A stretch of DNA of 29,487 bases from Verrucomicrobiales bacterium (lineage in GTDB: Bacteria > Verrucomicrobiota > Verrucomicrobiia > Verrucomicrobiales > V1-33). The position numbers were made by a program, and so were the translations under genes. How positions within the stretch are numbered: position 1 is the first letter of the stretch; each line of letters starts with the position of its first letter. A model generated the notes under the pieces. It was not told the origin of the DNA, searched no databases, and was given only the letters and a program-made list of their open reading frames with translations. The stretch covers positions 1 to 29,487 of the forward strand of contig JALRGB010000124.1 of NCBI GenBank assembly GCA_023253575.1. Direction: 5' to 3'. This document shows positions 25,564-29,487 of this stretch, one piece after another.

Positions 25564-26760
25564 ATGGACCCACTCGTCAGCGAGGATCGCTACGTCTTTA
25601 TTCCACCCCACCGCACCACCCTCTGGACGTGGTTCGTCGCCACGTGGCTACGCCCCTACCTCAAAAAATCGTGGGGCTTGGCCAGCTTTGATCTCCACGG
25701 ATTGGATCACCTGCGCGCCTCCTTGGCCGCCGGTCATGGCATCTTGCTGGCCCCCAACCATTGCCGTCTGAGCGATCCCCCGTCGCTGGGGGTACTCGTT
25801 CAGGCCCTCCGCCAGCCGGTCTACGTCATGGCCAGCGCCCACATCTTTCGCGAAGGCTGGTTTCCTCGATTCATGCTGCCGCGCCTCGGCGCCTTCTCCG
25901 TCAATCGCGAAGGCATGGACCGCGAAGCCCTTAAATTGGGGATAGAAATCCTCAGCACCGCCGAGCGGCCACTCATCGTCTTTCCCGAAGGCGTCACGTC
26001 GCGCACCAATGACCGCCTCATCCCTCTGCAGGATGGGGTCGCCTTCCTCGCCCGCTCCGCAGCCAAACGCCGCGCCGCCCTCACCCCGCCTGGCCAAGTC
26101 GTCATCCACCCGATCGGCCTGCGCTACCAGTTTCGCGGTGACCTCGAAAAATCACTCGGACCGGTGCTGCAACGGCTGGAATCGGGTCTCTCGTGGGGAT
26201 CACGCGAAGGCCTACCACTGCGGGAACGCGTCGTCCAACTGGGTAAGGCCCTCCTGACCATGAAAGAAATGGAATTCCATGGAGAAGCCCGCACCGGCCC
26301 CACCCACGAACGCCTAGCTGCCCTCGGCGAGGACATCCTCCGCCCCCTCGAAGCCCAGTGGCTCGGCGCACGCGCCGCCACCGCCCCCCAAGACACCATC
26401 ATCATGCGCGTGAAAAACCTCCGCAAAGCCATGCTCCCGGATCTGGTGGAAAAACGCCTTAACCCAGAACAACGCGCCGAACGCTGGCGGCAACTCCAAG
26501 CCGTCACCGTGGCCGAACAAACATTCCATTTTCCCCCAGACTACCTCGGCGACAACCCCACCCCGGAACGATTGATCGAAACCGTAGAACGCTATGAAGA
26601 AGCGTTTGGCAATCAAAACCCGACCATCCACCGCCCCATGCACCTCAGTCTCACCATTGGCCCGGCCATCCCGGTCCCGCCCGACCGAGACAAAAAAGCC
26701 GAAAGCGATCCTATCATGGATCAACTCGCCGCATCGCTGCGCCAGCTCCTCGGGATTTAA
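25564..26760 (+). CDS. 1-acyl-sn-glycerol-3-phosphate acyltransferase-like (PlsC superfamily) protein
   Basis: HX4D motif NHCRLSD, GAFSVNREG, LIVFPEG; long C-terminal extension. Confidence 0.85.
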   Translation: MDPLVSEDRYVFIPPHRTTLWTWFVATWLRPYLKKSWGLASFDLHGLDHLRASLAAGHGILLAPNHCRLSDPPSLGVLVQALRQPVYVMASAHIFREGWFPRFMLPRLGAFSVNREGMDREALKLGIEILSTAERPLIVFPEGVTSRTNDRLIPLQDGVAFLARSAAKRRAALTPPGQVVIHPIGLRYQFRGDLEKSLGPVLQRLESGLSWGSREGLPLRERVVQLGKALLTMKEMEFHGEARTGPTHERLAALGEDILRPLEAQWLGARAATAPQDTIIMRVKNLRKAMLPDLVEKRLNPEQRAERWRQLQAVTVAEQTFHFPPDYLGDNPTPERLIETVERYEEAFGNQNPTIHRPMHLSLTIGPAIPVPPDRDKKAESDPIMDQLAASLRQLLGI

Positions 26761-27794
26761 TCCGCCCTCAACCCGGCCGGCGCAAATCCATACTCCTCGC
26801 CCAAGGCCAGGCAGTCGGCCAGCGGCCCCAATCCTTCGCTCGTCGTCGGATCACTCAAACACATCGCCGCCGCTGACACCGCCTGCCGTAAACACACAGG
26901 AACCGGAAATCCTTCATGTACCCCATGAATAAACCCGGCCGCAAAAGCATCACCCGCACCCGTCGCCCCGCGAATAAATCCCGCCGGCAACCGCACCGAC
27001 CCTTGCCCATACACCTCCCCATCCGCCACCGCCGCCACCGCCCCCTCCACAAAATGAATCACAACCCCGCAGCGAACCCCGAATCCAACCAACAATAACG
27101 CCGCTTCACCACACCCAGCCCAGTCAATCCCCCCGCCATCACCCGCCACTCGCAATGAACGCCCCACTAGCTTGCCCGCCTCCACTTCGTTCAAAATAAA
27201 CCAGTCCAAATACGGCAGTGAGGCGCGCGCCGCCCGGACGAAATCCGCGTGCTCGATACTCACCATGTCCGCCACCGTCACCATCCCCGCCGCCCGCGCC
27301 GCCTCCAAAACCCGTGACGCCCCGGTTCGCCCCGAAACGTCCACCCGGTCCAGCGTCTCCAGCAACATAAAATACCCAAGATAAAAAACCCGCATCGACG
27401 AGGCCGAGAAATCAAAATGCGCAGGCGCCAACAACGAATTCGCCCCGCGTTGATGGAAAAACGTCCGACGCCCGGTACTCTCCACCGTGAAAGCATCCGT
27501 GTAACTCGTCGGCGCCGCCGGAGTGCGGCTCAATCCAGTCGTGTCAATGCCATGAGCCTCACAGTCCGCCACAATCGAGTCGCCAGTCTCATCGTCCCCC
27601 AACAACCCAGCCGCCGCCAACGGGAAACCCGCCCCCATCTTCGCCAAATCTTTCAATATGTTGTAAGGCCCACCCCCATTGCCAGAAGTCTCCCGCAAAA
27701 TCGAGGCCAACATCTCCTCACGTGGGTAGTAGTCGATAATCTTGAAACGATCGACAATGAAATTACCAGCCGCCAGCAAACCGGATCGCTCCAT
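26757..27794 (-). CDS. PfkB/ribokinase-family carbohydrate kinase
   Basis: GNGGGPYN, GLLGDDETG, GRRTFFHQRGAN, LNEVEA, GATGAGDAFAAG. Start inferred at ATG 27794. Confidence 0.9.
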   Translation of the reverse strand: MERSGLLAAGNFIVDRFKIIDYYPREEMLASILRETSGNGGGPYNILKDLAKMGAGFPLAAAGLLGDDETGDSIVADCEAHGIDTTGLSRTPAAPTSYTDAFTVESTGRRTFFHQRGANSLLAPAHFDFSASSMRVFYLGYFMLLETLDRVDVSGRTGASRVLEAARAAGMVTVADMVSIEHADFVRAARASLPYLDWFILNEVEAGKLVGRSLRVAGDGGGIDWAGCGEAALLLVGFGVRCGVVIHFVEGAVAAVADGEVYGQGSVRLPAGFIRGATGAGDAFAAGFIHGVHEGFPVPVCLRQAVSAAAMCLSDPTTSEGLGPLADCLALGEEYGFAPAGLRAD

Positions 27795-28021
27795 CACAAC
27801 ATGAGAAAATGGTGATTCAGACACAGCCGCCACCAAGGCCGCAGATGCCGCGGATTTCAACCCCACACCCCCCACAATGTGGCCGCCTCCCACCTCAAAT
27901 CCCAGCCCCCGATCCCTCACTCACACCGCACACGCCGGACCACACCCCGCGCTGAGAGAGCCGCAGATTCCAGCAGATTGCTGGTTGTGGTCCTGATACC
28001 GCCGAGTTCACTTTTTTTAAC

Positions 28022-29487
28022 ATGACGCCTGTCCTGACTGAAGATGCTATTCGCCGTCTCCCCGAGCCCATAGTGGCGAAATTGCGCAGTCTGATTGCGC
28101 GCATCCGGCGCGTCCTGTGGTGGCGCGGGTGCTGGCTGACTCTAGCGGCACTGGTGGCGTCACTCATCGCGGTCATGGGGATCGATGCCGCTTTTGATCT
28201 GGAATCAAAACTTTGGCGCTGTCTGCTTTCGGCTGCCGGGCTGGGGGCGGTGTCCGTCGTCGCATGGCGCACGTTGTTCCAGCCGCTACGCCGCACCCTA
28301 GGGCTGGCCCAAGTCGCCCGGATGGTGGAAATCCATCATCCTGAAATGCATGAGAGAATTTCGACAGCGGTGGAGCTTTTGGGCAGTACGGATGCAGCGA
28401 GTTTGCGCGGCTCAGACGAACTGCTGGCCGAAGTCGTGAAATCGGCGGTTATTGATGTGGGAACGGTCACTCCAGAAAAGGAATATTCCTCGCTGCCCAT
28501 GCTTTGGCCCAAGCGGCTGGGCGCGGCCGCACTGACGATTTTGGCCGTCATCCTGATCGGATGGCCGTTTCAAGGAGGCATTCTGCTCGCCCGTGCCATC
28601 CTGCCGCTGGCCAATATCGGTAGCGCCACCTCCTCCGATCTGCGGATGATCACGCAAAATGCCACCGTCGTCGAGGGCGCCCCCATCACCCTGCTGGTCG
28701 CCGCCAAAGGGAAATCAGCCCAACGCCTGGAACTGCGCCGCGAATCAGCCAGCAGCCCTGACGGACCGGCCACCAGCACCCCACAAATCGAAAGAATGGT
28801 CGTGCAGCCGAATGCCACCGGAGCGCAACCCGGCGAAACCGTATTCGCTCTCACTCTGCCGCGTGTGCCCTCGAGTTTCCGCTACGCGGCCACCTCCGGA
28901 CGCGCTCGCAGCAAGGAGTTTTTTGTCGAGGTCCTGCACCGGCCGGACATCACCAACGTGAGCGTCCGCTACACGTTCCCTGCTTACACCGGGCTCGCTC
29001 CAAAGCTCGATCCAGATTCCCTCGGCGACATCTCAGCCATCACCGGCACGATGGTAGAGGTCACCGCCACCTTGAGCCATCCAGCCGCCGCGGCCACGCT
29101 GGTCTATGACCAGACGGAAAATGCGGGTCCAGACGTCAGCTTGGTCAACGAGGGCCCCCACCAACTGGCCCGCTGGTCGGCCGAGCTGGCCCCCGGCATG
29201 AATTACCGGTGGACGCTTCACCCAAAAGGCGCCGGTGAATTGCTCGGCAAACCATCCAGCGGCACCCTCAAAGCGCTGGAAGACTTACCCCCCGCCGTCG
29301 TCATCGATTCTCCCATCGATCGCGAATTATCTCTCCGCCCCAATGAATGGCTCCCGATCGTGTATTCCGCAGCCGATGACTACAGCCTGTCCGCCGTCGA
29401 TGTGATCGTAAAACTCGATGGCCGCGGGACCCGGATCATCCCCATGCCCCTGCCGGAAAAAGACCCTCTCGTCGCACAAACATGGCG
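28022..29487 (+). CDS. Large DUF4175-like membrane protein, truncated by the window end (not in the ORF track because it has no stop)
   Basis: Open frame from ATG 28022 to the end: MTPVLTEDAIRRLPEP..., TM helices, ARMVEIHHPEMHERISTAVEL, YTFPAYTGL, DLPPAVVIDSP, AADDYSL. Confidence 0.8.
   Translation, partial: MTPVLTEDAIRRLPEPIVAKLRSLIARIRRVLWWRGCWLTLAALVASLIAVMGIDAAFDLESKLWRCLLSAAGLGAVSVVAWRTLFQPLRRTLGLAQVARMVEIHHPEMHERISTAVELLGSTDAASLRGSDELLAEVVKSAVIDVGTVTPEKEYSSLPMLWPKRLGAAALTILAVILIGWPFQGGILLARAILPLANIGSATSSDLRMITQNATVVEGAPITLLVAAKGKSAQRLELRRESASSPDGPATSTPQIERMVVQPNATGAQPGETVFALTLPRVPSSFRYAATSGRARSKEFFVEVLHRPDITNVSVRYTFPAYTGLAPKLDPDSLGDISAITGTMVEVTATLSHPAAAATLVYDQTENAGPDVSLVNEGPHQLARWSAELAPGMNYRWTLHPKGAGELLGKPSSGTLKALEDLPPAVVIDSPIDRELSLRPNEWLPIVYSAADDYSLSAVDVIVKLDGRGTRIIPMPLPEKDPLVAQTW

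Noticed and set aside
22492-29487. Prophage or genomic island integrated at tRNA-Asp
   Set aside because: No integrase or phage genes, no duplicated tRNA 3' end seen, and downstream genes have host-like composition.
1-29487. CRISPR array, rRNA or IS element
   Set aside because: No regularly spaced repeats, rRNA signatures, transposase motifs or terminal inverted repeats seen.

Overview
A 29.5-kb GC-rich chromosomal window of mostly housekeeping genes, probably from a PVC-superphylum bacterium (Verrucomicrobiota inferred from a PVC-type CxxCH protein, an AlgI/AlgJ pair, a DUF4175-like gene and the near absence of Shine-Dalgarno motifs). Order: SRP RNA (-), nadE (-), nadC-birA (+), AlgJ-like and AlgI-like genes (-), PVC-type heme protein (-), DUF2786-like gene (+), dnaX-ybaB-EEP nuclease (+), CAAX/CPBP protease and YugH/AlaT-like aminotransferase (-), ABC exporter (+), second CPBP protease and apaG (-), thiD-folA-tRNA-Asp (+), lon (+), PlsC-like acyltransferase (+), PfkB kinase (-), and a DUF4175-like ORF running off the right end (+). 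I saw no integrase, transposase, CRISPR array or rRNA. The most interesting signal is non-genic: an Ala-rich leader ORF (7 Ala in its last 11 codons) followed by a C-rich patch upstream of the AlaT-like aminotransferase, a candidate alanine-sensing ribosome-mediated attenuator. Also notable are a DHFR with altered folate-tail contacts, a DnaX lacking two of its four Zn cysteines, and structured intergenic DNA after tRNA-Asp and at 10.6-10.75 kb. All product names come from motif recognition by eye; no database search was run.
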